From contig OZ024745.1 in NCBI GenBank assembly GCA_964016885.1, positions 123,442,001 through 123,506,000 on the forward strand: DNA of 64,000 bases, in the 5' to 3' direction. Shown here piece by piece: positions 26,640-36,775 of the stretch. The notes below the pieces were generated by a model. The model did not search any database. It worked only from the letters and a program-made list of their open reading frames with translations, and was not told where the DNA came from. The position numbers and the translations under genes are program-made. Every line of letters starts with the position of its first letter. Positions within the stretch are counted from its first letter, which is position 1. The DNA is from Eledone cirrhosa (taxonomy: Eukaryota).

Positions 26640-27050
26640 GTAATGACCGAAAGAGTACGATTGTGAATACTAGTGGCTGTAATGGGGTTCCTCCAAAGGT
26701 TCTTCAGAGTCACATTACTCGATAGATTGAGTAGCTCGGGGATCAGGGAGTCATTCCAGGTAGAGCTGTTACTTCACCGAATCACTTCTGATACTATGGT
26801 CATGTGGTTAGAATGTCTCAGGAAAGAATCACTGGACAGATTTTACGGGCAAAACCAACTGGCAGGAGACACAGGGGTAGATTCCGAGCAAGGTGGTGGG
26901 ATAACATCCATTAGCTTGGCTGGTCTCGCTTGGGGATCCAGCTGGATTAGTTGGAAGCGGTTGCTTCTGACAGGACCTGGTGGAAGGAGTGTTTGAGGAC
27001 TCTGCCCACGAACCTCTCAGTAATTAGTAGGTGAAGAAGAAAAAGAGAAG
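26640..27050 (+). mobile_element. RTE-like LINE 3' fragment (second family)
   Basis: VMTERVR..GFLQR..VTLLDRLSSS.IRE..VELLL, ending in a (GAA)n tail. A related copy lies on the minus strand at ~41100-41420. Confidence 0.6.
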
Positions 27051-27180
27051 TGAGCACAGTGAGGGTAATGCCCATGGCTTATTTTCAGAGTTTCTGAGAC
27101 TAGTGGAAAAGAAGGAGGGAAAAAGGTATTTTCAAACTGGAGACCTGACTCAAATGTTTGGAATTGAGTGAACTCTGTTA

Positions 27181-27400
27181 ACCCTTTAGTATTCACATTA
27201 CTCTATATATACTATTATATTTTCATGGTAAAGGCTTTATCTAACATAATTATCTCACATAATATCGAATCTATGAGATTTTTAAAGTATTTATTTTGAA
27301 AACAATACCTTAACATCAGTTTAAGCGACCAGTTACAGCCAGTTTCAACAGAAAGAGGTAGAGAATTCTGACGGTTTGGGCCGGTTTGAACATTGAAGGG
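27181..27400. mobile_element. piggyBac-type MITE
   Basis: TTAA|CCCTTT ... AAGGG|TTAA. Confidence 0.75.
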
Positions 27401-27482
27401 TTAAGGGCCAGGTTATTGATACAAAAATGGGCCCCAAACTCATAAACACCTAAAGAGTTCACTGCAATTTGCACTCAGTGTA

Positions 27483-27905
27483 GACATCTCCTATGATGCC
27501 TGTGTGAGGAGCGCGATGCTGCATGGTAGTGAGACATGGGCAGCAACTGCAGAGGATATGCGATGGCTGGAGAGAAATGAGGCAAGCATGCTCCGTTGGA
27601 TGTGCAGTGTAAATGTGCGTGAACGACACAGCATAAATATGTTGAGAGAGAAACTGTGTCTGAGAGGGATAGAATGTAGTGTACGGCAGAGGAGACTGAG
27701 GTGGTATGGACATGTGATGCGCATGGAGGATGACTGATGGGTGAAGAAGTGCCAGGAAATGCCAGTTGAAGGAAGACGTGGTAGAGGTGGACCACGAAAA
27801 ACATGGGCGGAGGTGGTGAGAACAGACCTCAGATCTTTGAAGCTCACGGTGGAGATGACGAAGGACCGTGACGAGTGGAGAGATGCTGTGCTGAATAAGA
27901 CCCGT
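27483..27905 (+). mobile_element. RTE LINE fragment (third subfamily)
   Basis: [32 protein letters not shown]. Confidence 0.85.
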
Positions 27906-27916
27906 ATATATATATA

Positions 27917-27954
<38 letters not shown>

Positions 27955-27982
27955 TATATATATATGAATATATATATATATA

Positions 27983-28018
<36 letters not shown>

Positions 28019-28038
28019 TATATATATATATATATATA

Positions 28039-28110
<72 letters not shown>

Positions 28111-28132
28111 TATATATATATATATATATATA

Positions 28133-28166
<34 letters not shown>

Positions 28167-28215
28167 TATATATATATATATATATATATGAATATATATA
28201 TATATATATGAATAT
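27906..28215. repeat. (TA)n array punctuated by GA(A)
   Basis: About 13 units of TGAA(TA)n abutting the 3' end of a Penelope-like element. Confidence 0.9.
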
Positions 28216-28342
28216 AATGTAGGAGGTGAGTTTTATTGTAGTACAATAAAGCAATGCAGATATCGGATAAGAAGCACTCTACAGTTTGTGGGACTGGAGT
28301 ATGCATAATATAAAATCAAAAGATGGTTAAAGGAGTTCCATA

Positions 28343-28413
28343 TATTTTATTATGCGCATTTCAAAAACAAACATCATCAAACAATAATATTTGTGTTTTC
28401 ATCAGATAAAACA
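28343..28413 (-). ncRNA. Type I hammerhead ribozyme motif (left-arm copy)
   Basis: Reverse complement of 31356-31426. Confidence 0.75.
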
Positions 28414-29883
28414 GGAGAACATGATATGAAGGCTAAAAAAACACTTGTTGATAGTGCAGTTTTAAATCAACATATGAAAAGTGGTTTTAGATTGATGTGT
28501 GATATTGGGAAAAATATTTTATTTAGAGAGGGGGGGGGAGAAAAGGATGAAAAGGGAAGGAGATGAGAGGGAGAGATGGGTGATAGAGAGAAAGAGATAG
28601 TTTTTATAACTGAGAGGAGATATATTTTATATAGAGGGGTTGAAAACCGTTGGAAGATACTGTATAAATTAAAAATTTTGAAAATTAACGAAGGGAGGAT
28701 ATGTGCGAGGAAAAAATATTTTATTTAGGGAGGGGGGGGGTTGGAAAGGATGAAAAAAAGGGGAGGAGATGAGAGTGAAGGTGGAAAGGGAGAGATGGGT
28801 GATAGAGAGAAAGAGATAGTTTTTATAACTGAGAAAAAGATATAATGTTTTAATATAGAGAGGTTGGGAACCGTTGGAAGATAATGTATAAATTAAAGGA
28901 ATTTGAAAATTAACGAAGGGAAATTATGTATGAAGATAGAGAGAAAAAAATAATAATTGTGGGTGAATATTCTAACGTCAAAAGAAGAAATGTAGGAATT
29001 TCAAAATTAGCAAAGAGAAAAAGTTTATGTGTAGAAGGATTTGAGAAAAATAATGTGAAGTTAAAGTTTGTATATTGAATTCATATGTATTAATAATGAG
29101 TTCGTTGATGGGGAGAAAAAAATAATAATAAATTAAGGATGAAATTGAGATTAAAAAGATTTATGATAGAGAGAAAAAATAATAATGATTGCGGATGAAT
29201 ACTCAAAATGTCAAAACCAATGTTATTGTTTTACGAGAAGATAGAATGAGGGTAATGAGTAAACGAGTATTATAGAGTGTATAATGCCCTTTAAGGTAAG
29301 GTAGATGGGTATATTTTAAAGAATATATGAGTATATATTAAAAAAAAAAAAAAAATATAATAATAAATTAAGGATGAAATTGAGATTAAAAAGATTTATG
29401 ATAGAGAGAAAAAATAATAATGATTGCGGATGAATATTCAAAATGTCAAAAACAAATGTTATTGTTTTACGAGAAGATAGAATGAGGGTAATGAGTAAAC
29501 GAGTATTATAGAGTGTATAATGCCCTTTAAAGTAAGGTAGATGGGTATATTTTAAAGAGGTGTATGTATATGTGCCTTTGAGAAAAGATTCTAAATTGAT
29601 AAAGAATTGAATATTAACTGTATACTTTGTGAAAAGTTCTATGGAATTTATGCAGGCAGATAGAAAACAAATCTGAGCGTCTATTTATTATGGATTCTAG
29701 GTTAGAGATAATGGTAAATTTTTCATTTAGGCAGAGATTACAGATTTTAGATAGAGAGCTGTTCAAGTATGAGGATGCAGAAGAAATCTTTTTCCAAAAG
29801 ATGTTATATTTAATGTTTTTGTCTTTTAAGGACCATATGAGTTCTGAGAGAGCAGTGTTAGTTCTTTTAAGTTTGTATTTGTA

Positions 29884-30156
29884 TCTTTCAAATACAAACT
29901 TAAAAGAACTAACACTGCTCTCTCAGAACTCATATGGTCCTTAAAAGACAAAAACATTAAATATAACATCTTTTGGAAAAAGATTTCTTCTGCATCCTCA
30001 TACTTGAACAGCTCTCTATCTAAAATCTGTAATCTCTGCCTAAATGAAAAATTTACCATTATCTCTAACCTAGAATCCATAATAAATAGACGCTCAGATT
30101 TGTTTTCTATCTGCCTGCATAAATTCCATAGAACTTTTCACAAAGTATACAGTTAA
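29884..30156 (+). pseudogene. C-terminal fragment of a Penelope-like GIY-YIG endonuclease (mirrored on the minus strand at ~29614-29881)
   Basis: SFKYKLKRTNTALSELIWSLKDKNIKYNIFWKKISSASSY..CNLCLNEK..IINRRSDLFSICLH..*, which aligns with the 33783-34382 protein. Confidence 0.8.
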
Positions 30157-31355
30157 TATTCAATTCTTTATCAATTTAGAATCTTTTCTCAAAGGCACAT
30201 ATACATACACCTCTTTAAAATATACCCATCTACCTTACTTTAAAGGGCATTATACACTCTATAATACTCGTTTACTCATTACCCTCATTCTATCTTCTCG
30301 TAAAACAATAACATTTGTTTTTGACATTTTGAATATTCATCCGCAATCATTATTATTTTTTCTCTCTATCATAAATCTTTTTAATCTCAATTTCATCCTT
30401 AATTTATTATTATATTTTTTTTTTTTTTTTAATATATACTCATATATTCTTTAAAATATACCCATCTACCTTACCTTAAAGGGCATTATACACTCTATAA
30501 TACTCGTTTACTCATTACCCTCATTCCATCTTCTCGTAAAACAATAACATTGGTTTTGACATTTTGAGTATTCATCCGCAATCATTATTATTTTTTCTCT
30601 CTATCATAAATCTTTTTAATCTCAATTTCATCCTTAATTTATTATTATTTTTTTCTCCCCATCAACGAACTCATTATTAATACATATGAATTCAATATAC
30701 AAACTTTAACTTCACATTATTTTTCTCAAATCCTTCTACACATAAACTTTTTCTCTTTGCTAATTTTGAAATTCCTACATTTCTTCTTTTGACGTTAGAA
30801 TATTCACCCACAATTATTATTTTTTTCTCTCTATCTTCATACATAATTTCCCTTCGTTAATTTTCAAATTCCTTTAATTTATACATTATCTTCCAACGGT
30901 TCCCAACCTCTCTATATTAAAACATTATATCTTTTTCTCAGTTATAAAAACTATCTCTTTCTCTCTATCACCCATCTCTCCCTTTCCACCTTCACTCTCA
31001 TCTCCTCCCCTTTTTTTCATCCTTTCCAACCCCCCCCCTCCCTAAATAAAATATTTTTTCCTCGCACATATCCTCCCTTCGTTAATTTTCAAAATTTTTA
31101 ATTTATACAGTATCTTCCAACGGTTTTCAACCCCTCTATATAAAATATATCTCCTCTCAGTTATAAAAACTATCTCTTTCTCTCTATCACCCATCTCTCC
31201 CTCTCATCTCCTTCCCTTTTCATCCTTTTCTCCCCCCCCTCTCTAAATAAAATATTTTTCCCAATATCACACATCAATCTAAAACCACTTTTCATATGTT
31301 GATTTAAAACTGCACTATCAACAAGTGTTTTTTTAGCCTTCATATCATGTTCTCC

Positions 31356-31426
31356 TGTTTTATCTGATGAAAACACAAATATTATTGTTTGATGATGTTT
31401 GTTTTTGAAATGCGCATAATAAAATA
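31356..31426 (+). ncRNA. Type I hammerhead ribozyme motif (right-arm copy)
   Basis: Stem I TGTTTTAT/ATAAAATA; CTGATGA; 16-bp stem II with GU pairs; GAAA; palindromic stem III A-TGCGCA-T; AUA site. Confidence 0.75.
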
Positions 31427-31617
31427 TATGGAACTCCTTTAACCATCTTTTGATCTTATATTATGCATACTCCGTTTGCAAAATTCGTTTGTTTAAATTC
31501 ATATGATTCCAGTTCCTCAGTGAAATAACAACCCAACCAGGAACTGGGCATATCACAGTATTGACAAAGTTAAACACCTCAACAACATGTGTACTCGTCT
31601 CTACCACACTAATTCGG

Positions 31618-31672
31618 ACTGCCTGAAGAGGTCACAGCCAAAGGTAGCTGTCACTGAAATATATATAGTAGT
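31618..31672 (+). ncRNA. Type I hammerhead ribozyme motif in a second PLE-like end (31474-31728)
   Basis: ACTGC-CTGAAGA-GGTCACAGC..GCTGTCACT-GAAA-TATATA-TA-GTAGT, followed by AATAAA and (TA)n. Confidence 0.75.
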
Positions 31673-31727
31673 AATAAACAAAGCCAAATTTTAAATATTT
31701 GACTTATTTATTTTAGTTTATTTTATA

Positions 31728-31764
<37 letters not shown>

Positions 31765-32882
31765 CTATATATATATATCTATGTGTATGTATATATATAT
31801 ATATATGTACACATAAATATATCCCGGTAATACTTGTCCAGGTAATGATAGAGTATTTGAGCCAATAGATTTACTTTGAAGATATTTGTTTATTTTTCTG
31901 GTATTTATACTTATTACCTTCTGGGTATTTGGGCCTTTTCTTGTGTTTGCTATTCTGTGGATAGGTAAGGTTGTGGGAATATGATTGAAAATAGCTGTCT
32001 TGTTACAATATTAATTGAAGCATTTCACCGGTGGGCTTAATTCTCTGAGTAAATATATAATTTTCTTTATATTTTTGTTTTTGTTTGTTTGTCAATTGAA
32101 GAAAGAAGCAAAAAAAGGGAGAAAAAAAACAAACAAATGAGGCGAAAAGAATAATGAAAATTATATTTTTTTGCTATTGATAACAGAATTTTAAATTAAA
32201 ACTTTCCTGAGGTACTTTCTCGAAATAATACTTTTATTTAGACAACAGTAGTTTGCATAAGATTGCATTGTATACATTGTTTTTGGTTCTATTTTCCATA
32301 TTTGAAAAACCTTTTCACTATCAAAATCATTTAAAATGAAAACTACACAGAAGCTTTATTAGAATCTTCAGAAAATAATATTGTATGGAATATTTCTTTT
32401 AAACATTTCCTGCGATATATATAGCTAATGTGAAATTGTCATATGATTTGCTTTCTGTCTTTCTATATTTCTTTCGTAGCTTTCAACAGACAACACCACC
32501 AGTTTGTAATGTCAATATGTTCTGCAGGTGATCATTGTTAATTCTTAAGGCATCATGTCTTAAATTAGTGAAGAAATTAAGTTCAATCTCTACATTAGTA
32601 ACAGCTTCTCTTTTGATTTATTTATTAAGGAAATATTAACAAATATTGTTCATATTCTGTTGTAAACAAGATCACATTCTCCATGGTGTATTTAAAATGG
32701 TAGCTGTTTTTATTGGACATGTCAGACACCAGAATGGCTGTGGTTGACATGTTTGCCTGGAAAACTGTCTTCTATAACCTTGGGCCAATCAATGCTTTGT
32801 GAGTGAATTTGATAGACAAAACTCTCTCTCAATCTCTCTCTGTGTATGTGTGTATGGTGTGTGTGTATATTTCTATATATAC

Positions 32883-32937
<55 letters not shown>

Positions 32938-32986
32938 TGCATATATATATATATATACACACACGCATATATACACACACACACAC

Positions 32987-33017
<31 letters not shown>

Positions 33018-33134
33018 TACATACATACATACATATAAATATATATATATATATATATATTTATATGTATATATATATATGTATACACACACACACATAT
33101 ATATATATATACATATATATGTGTGTGTGTGTGA

Positions 33135-33275
33135 AGTCACAGGGCATAGTGGTTAGAGCATCGGGCTTGCAATCCTGTGGTTGTGAGTTCGATTCTTGGA
33201 CCGGGCTTTGCGTTGTTTTCTTTAGCAAAACACTTTATTTCACGTTGCTCCAGTTCACTCAGCTGTAGAAATGAG
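33135..33275 (+). mobile_element. SINE family B 5' part
   Basis: tRNA-like head TAGTGGTTAGAGC..GAGTTCGATTC plus body. Confidence 0.7.
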
Positions 33276-33429
33276 TTTACCCAGCTATGGGTTAAATAGC
33301 CTCACCAACCCGCAATTGACCAAGTGTGGTGAGTACAGCTACACCCCTGACATGACCAAAACCCAAACAGAAAATGGTGGAGGTCAATCAGGGAGGGGTT
33401 CCTCTGGCAGGAGTGAAAACGTCCTGGAC

Positions 33430-33472
<43 letters not shown>

Positions 33473-33669
33473 ATCTAAGGCGGGTAAAATTCCCGAGATC
33501 CATGGACGAGTTCTCTCCAGCGGTCTCTGTCCCTCATTATCGCTGCCATATCCTGCATCTCCAACAGACCAGTGTCTGTCCTTAGGGCATCAACATATGT
33601 TAACCTTGGTCTTCCTCTTCTAGTGTGTCCATATATATAAGTGGTAACAGAACAGTTAGTTCACCATAC

Positions 33670-33707
33670 CGAGAACAATTGTTTCACCTTAGCGGATCTT
33701 CAGCTTG
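33670..33707 (-). ncRNA. Minimal hammerhead motif (inverted pseudo-LTR copy)
   Basis: CAAG-CTGAAGA-TCC-GCTAA-GGT-GAAA-CAATTG-TT-CTCG, with one stem I mismatch. Confidence 0.6.
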
Positions 33708-33782
33708 TACTGGTCATGGTTATAGGGAACAGGAGGAACAGGTTCCTCCTGTTCGTATAACCTTGATCAGTGCTCTACCACT

Positions 33783-34382
33783 GAATTTTTAGCCCTCTTA
33801 GATAGGCACTTTCCCATAGGTCATAAATACCGCTCCATCTTTAACCGACACAAAGTAAAACTAGGATACTCCTGCGCTAAGAACATGAAGGCCCACATCA
33901 CCAACAGCCATAAGAGCAACACCCCACCAGGGTGCTCTTGCCGTAAGCCTGAAGCTTGTCCCATTCAACAGCAATGCAACACATCCACTGTAGTTTATGA
34001 AGCTGTGGTCACTTCTAGCTGACCAAATCAACCACAGGAGGCCAAATCCTATGTGGATATGGCGGAGGGCTGATTTAAGGAACGCTTCCTGAAACACCAG
34101 TCGACCTTTAGCTACCTGGACAGACATTCATCCACGAAACTCGCGAGCCACATATGGTCCCTCAAGGACTCAAGTATAGAATACTCCATTCAATGGAAGG
34201 CCATCACTAAGTCCAAGCCATATGTAAGGGGCAATCCGTCGTCTGGACAATGTATTGATGAACGAATAAATAGTCTTAAGAGATTACGCAATAGCGATTG
34301 CCTAAACGCAAGAAATGAAATCTTCACACTTTGTCCACATGTCTGGAAACACCTCTTACATAACTACAAAGCTCCAGATTGA
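33783..34382 (+). pseudogene. PLE linker plus GIY-YIG endonuclease, with two in-frame TGA
   Basis: EFLALLDRHFP.GHKYRSIFNRHKVKLGYSC..N...CSCRKPEACP...C...VVYEAVV...YVDMAEG*FKERFLKH..TF..TKLASHIWSLKD...IQWK...PY...CLNARNE..CPH. Confidence 0.85.
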
Positions 34383-34539
34383 ATTACAACATCCTAATTT
34401 TCTTATCAACTAGAAACTTTCGCAGTTATCTCCCTTACACCTCTCCCACGCAATTTAGTATTGTCTGACTGATGTGACCGTTTCTGTGCATGTGCGTTAG
34501 TACGGTTGTCCTTCCTGTTCCGTATAACCATGTCCATTA

Positions 34540-34577
34540 CGAGCTGAGGATCTGCTAAGGTGAAACAATTGTTCTCG
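34540..34577 (+). ncRNA. Minimal hammerhead motif at the PLE 3' end
   Basis: CGAG-CTGAGGA-TCTGCTAAGGT-GAAA-CAATTG-TT-CTCG; palindromic stem III; GUU site. Confidence 0.7.
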
Positions 34578-34789
34578 GTTTGATGAACTAACTTATATAT
34601 ATATATATATATATAAATACATAATCGGAGAAAGCTAATAGCGATACTCTGGCCAAATTCCAACTCACTCAACAAACATTAGGAAATACCTGAGTATATT
34701 TCTAATTAAACGTTCGGGGTGCTAACTAATTGTATTGTGTGGAAAATTGGCTGCATCATTTCATATGAGATATATCAAATATATCTCTT

Positions 34790-34911
34790 CCCAGACGGAG
34801 GTCTCGTTTCACTATAAGATTTCTACAAGTTGGGTGAAATTACATCAATTTATGTAGAAGCTTGTATAAGATCAACAGATACTTATTCAATACTTATAAT
34901 TCTTCAGTGGG
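34790..34911 (-). ncRNA. Hammerhead motif with enlarged, branched stem II
   Basis: CCCA-CTGAAGA-ATTATAAG-(~75 nt)-CTTATAGT-GAAA-CGAGACCTCCG-TC-TGGG. Confidence 0.65.
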
Positions 34912-35044
34912 TGCCCAATAATATTAATATTGATAACCAAATCAACATCAATATTTAGCGATAATCACCATCAGTGCTTGAGGGAGCTGCTAGGTTGTTA
35001 GTCCAGCAGTTCTAAAGAAAATCTCACACTGTCTCGAAAATAGG

Positions 35045-35089
<45 letters not shown>

Positions 35090-35094
<5 letters not shown>

Positions 35095-35247
35095 TATAAA
35101 TGTGGTTGATGCTAGGAAGGGCATCCAGCCGTAGAAAGCCTGCCAGATAGTCCTATATGAGCGAGACAGGGTCACCAGACCAACCTTGCCTCAAGTGGGA
35201 CAACTCCCGTCTAACCCATACTAGTGTTAAACGAAGATGATGATGAT
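35090..35247 (+). mobile_element. RTE/SINE 3' tail fragment
   Basis: GGAAGGGCATCCAGCCGTAGAAA ... (GAT)n. Confidence 0.75.
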
Positions 35248-35313
35248 ATATATTAGAAAGTGAGGTTTTTTTACAAAATGAAAAAAAAACGAGGTGTCCT
35301 TCACGAGTGAAAG

Positions 35314-35576
35314 TATAACGAAAAAAGATGAAATCGAAAATGCAACTGGAGTCTTCTTTTTTTAAATATATTTATTTGGTTCCTTTACCGGTTTCGCAGT
35401 TCTTGTGCTTTTCAAAAGTAGAATTGAGATGGAGGGTTTGTGGAAAAACCACAAACCCTCCATCTCAATTCTACTTTTGAAAAGCACAAGAACTGCGAAA
35501 CCGGTAAAGGAACCAAATAAATATATTTAAAAAAAGAAGACTCCAGTTGCATTTTCGATTTCGTCTTTTTTCCTTA

Positions 35577-35578
<2 letters not shown>
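35314..35578. repeat. 265-bp palindrome of a hammerhead-bearing element (same family as 11250-11390)
   Basis: Arms 35314-35443 and 35449-35578 with an AAAAA spacer. U3-A8 hammerhead copies lie at 35382-35419 (-) and 35473-35510 (+). Confidence 0.9.
35473..35510 (+). ncRNA. Minimal hammerhead motif, U3-A8 variant
   Basis: ACTT-TTGAAAA-GCA-CAAGAAC-TGC-GAAA-CCGG-TA-AAGG. Confidence 0.6.
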
Positions 35579-35643
<65 letters not shown>

Positions 35644-35885
35644 AGGTGTATTATTGGTTGTGTCAAACGGTCCAATAATTCTTTTTTAGCAATATTAAGT
35701 TCTCCACGCTTTTGCATACCTCCAATTCCATTTATGGGAACAGCTAGTTGATGTAAAACGGAGTATTTGTATCAAAAAAGATCCGAAGACATGGTATAAA
35801 TTTCCAATCATATGAGGGACTAAACTCTGTGAGTGAACATCGTTAATTTTCTCCGTCATATGAAGGATTTGAAGACAATTCATTT

Positions 35886-35957
35886 TCACCTGACGAGATC
35901 AGTGATAATCGATCATGGCTACAGGATCGATCTAGCTCTTATTGAAACGTGTCGTGA
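35886..35957 (+). ncRNA. Type I hammerhead motif between 41-bp inverted repeats
   Basis: TCAC-CTGACGA-(stem II with inner ATCGATC/GATCGAT)-GAAA-CGTG-TC-GTGA. The inverted repeats are 35771-35811 and 35963-36003. Confidence 0.7.
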
Positions 35958-36124
35958 TTAAAATGATTGGAAATTTATACCATGCCTTCGGATCTTTTTT
36001 GATATATATATATATATATATATAATTATTACTATTGCATTCAAAGTAAAGGATGTCATGAATGATAAAAAATGAAACATGTCTTGTCTCAAAAAACAGC
36101 TTCAAAAAACACCCTTAATAAAAA

Positions 36125-36158
<34 letters not shown>

Positions 36159-36202
36159 TTATATGAATTATAAGAATCAAAGAACTGTTCAAAACATTTT
36201 TA

Positions 36203-36249
36203 TGCTTACAACTGTTTCCTCCAAACAGAGGTTTGGATTCTTCGGAGCA
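36203..36249 (-). ncRNA. Hammerhead motif, C4 variant
   Basis: TGCT-CCGAAGA-ATCCAAAC-CTCT-GTTTGGAG-GAAA-CAGTTG-TA-AGCA. Confidence 0.6.
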
Positions 36250-36494
36250 ATTTATTAATGAATGAACACTTATATGACCTCCTTTTCACCCAAGAGACAT
36301 ACAGATACATATGCAAATATTGTGGGTCAACATTCATTACAGCATTTAGAGTGGCAGTACACACTTAGAGATTACATTCATATTAAAAGATACAATCAAA
36401 AATACAGGTTAAAATACAACATGAAAATAAGCGGTTATATAGTGCAAAGGTTATATGTGTGGCAAGCACGTGCGTCCTGTTTATATATATATAT

Positions 36495-36775
36495 ATGTTG
36501 GTACCACAACATCCAGTCCTAAACAAATGAGGTCGTGTAGGTGTCACGACAAAAAAACACACAGTCCACGCTGTAATGTGGCCGTGTAGGTAACACGGTA
36601 AAAACTTCCCAGTACACACTGTAAACGTGGTTGGTGTTGGGAAGGGCACCCAGCCATAGAAAACCCGCCAGACAGTCCTGAGCAAGACAACCAATCTTGC
36701 CTCAAGTGGGACAACTCCCGTCCAGACCCATGCTAGCGTGGGAAATGGACGTTAAACGATGATGATGATGATGAT
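36495..36775 (+). mobile_element. RTE 3' UTR fragment
   Basis: Matches 21305-21590; (GAT)n tail. Confidence 0.85.

Larger units (their letters stand above)
28215..31473. mobile_element. Penelope-like element 3' portion in inverted duplication (3.2-kb palindrome)
   Basis: Arms 28296-29881 and 29889-31473 are near-identical reverse complements with a TATCTTT spacer. Each arm carries the endonuclease C-terminus, a long 3' UTR and a hammerhead motif. Confidence 0.85.
33638..34595 (+). mobile_element. 5'-truncated Penelope-like element with an inverted copy of its 3' end
   Basis: (TA)-flanked. 33655-33740 is the reverse complement of 34505-34593. Contains an endonuclease coding relic. Confidence 0.85.

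Noticed and set aside
29690-30080. Twin 84-aa ORFs on opposite strands
   Set aside because: They are antisense shadows of the PLE endonuclease fragment across the palindrome centre.
33783-34382. In-frame TGA codons as selenocysteine (known for some Naiad PLEs)
   Set aside because: They are not at Cys-motif positions, are consistent with CGA>TGA decay, and no SECIS was recognised.
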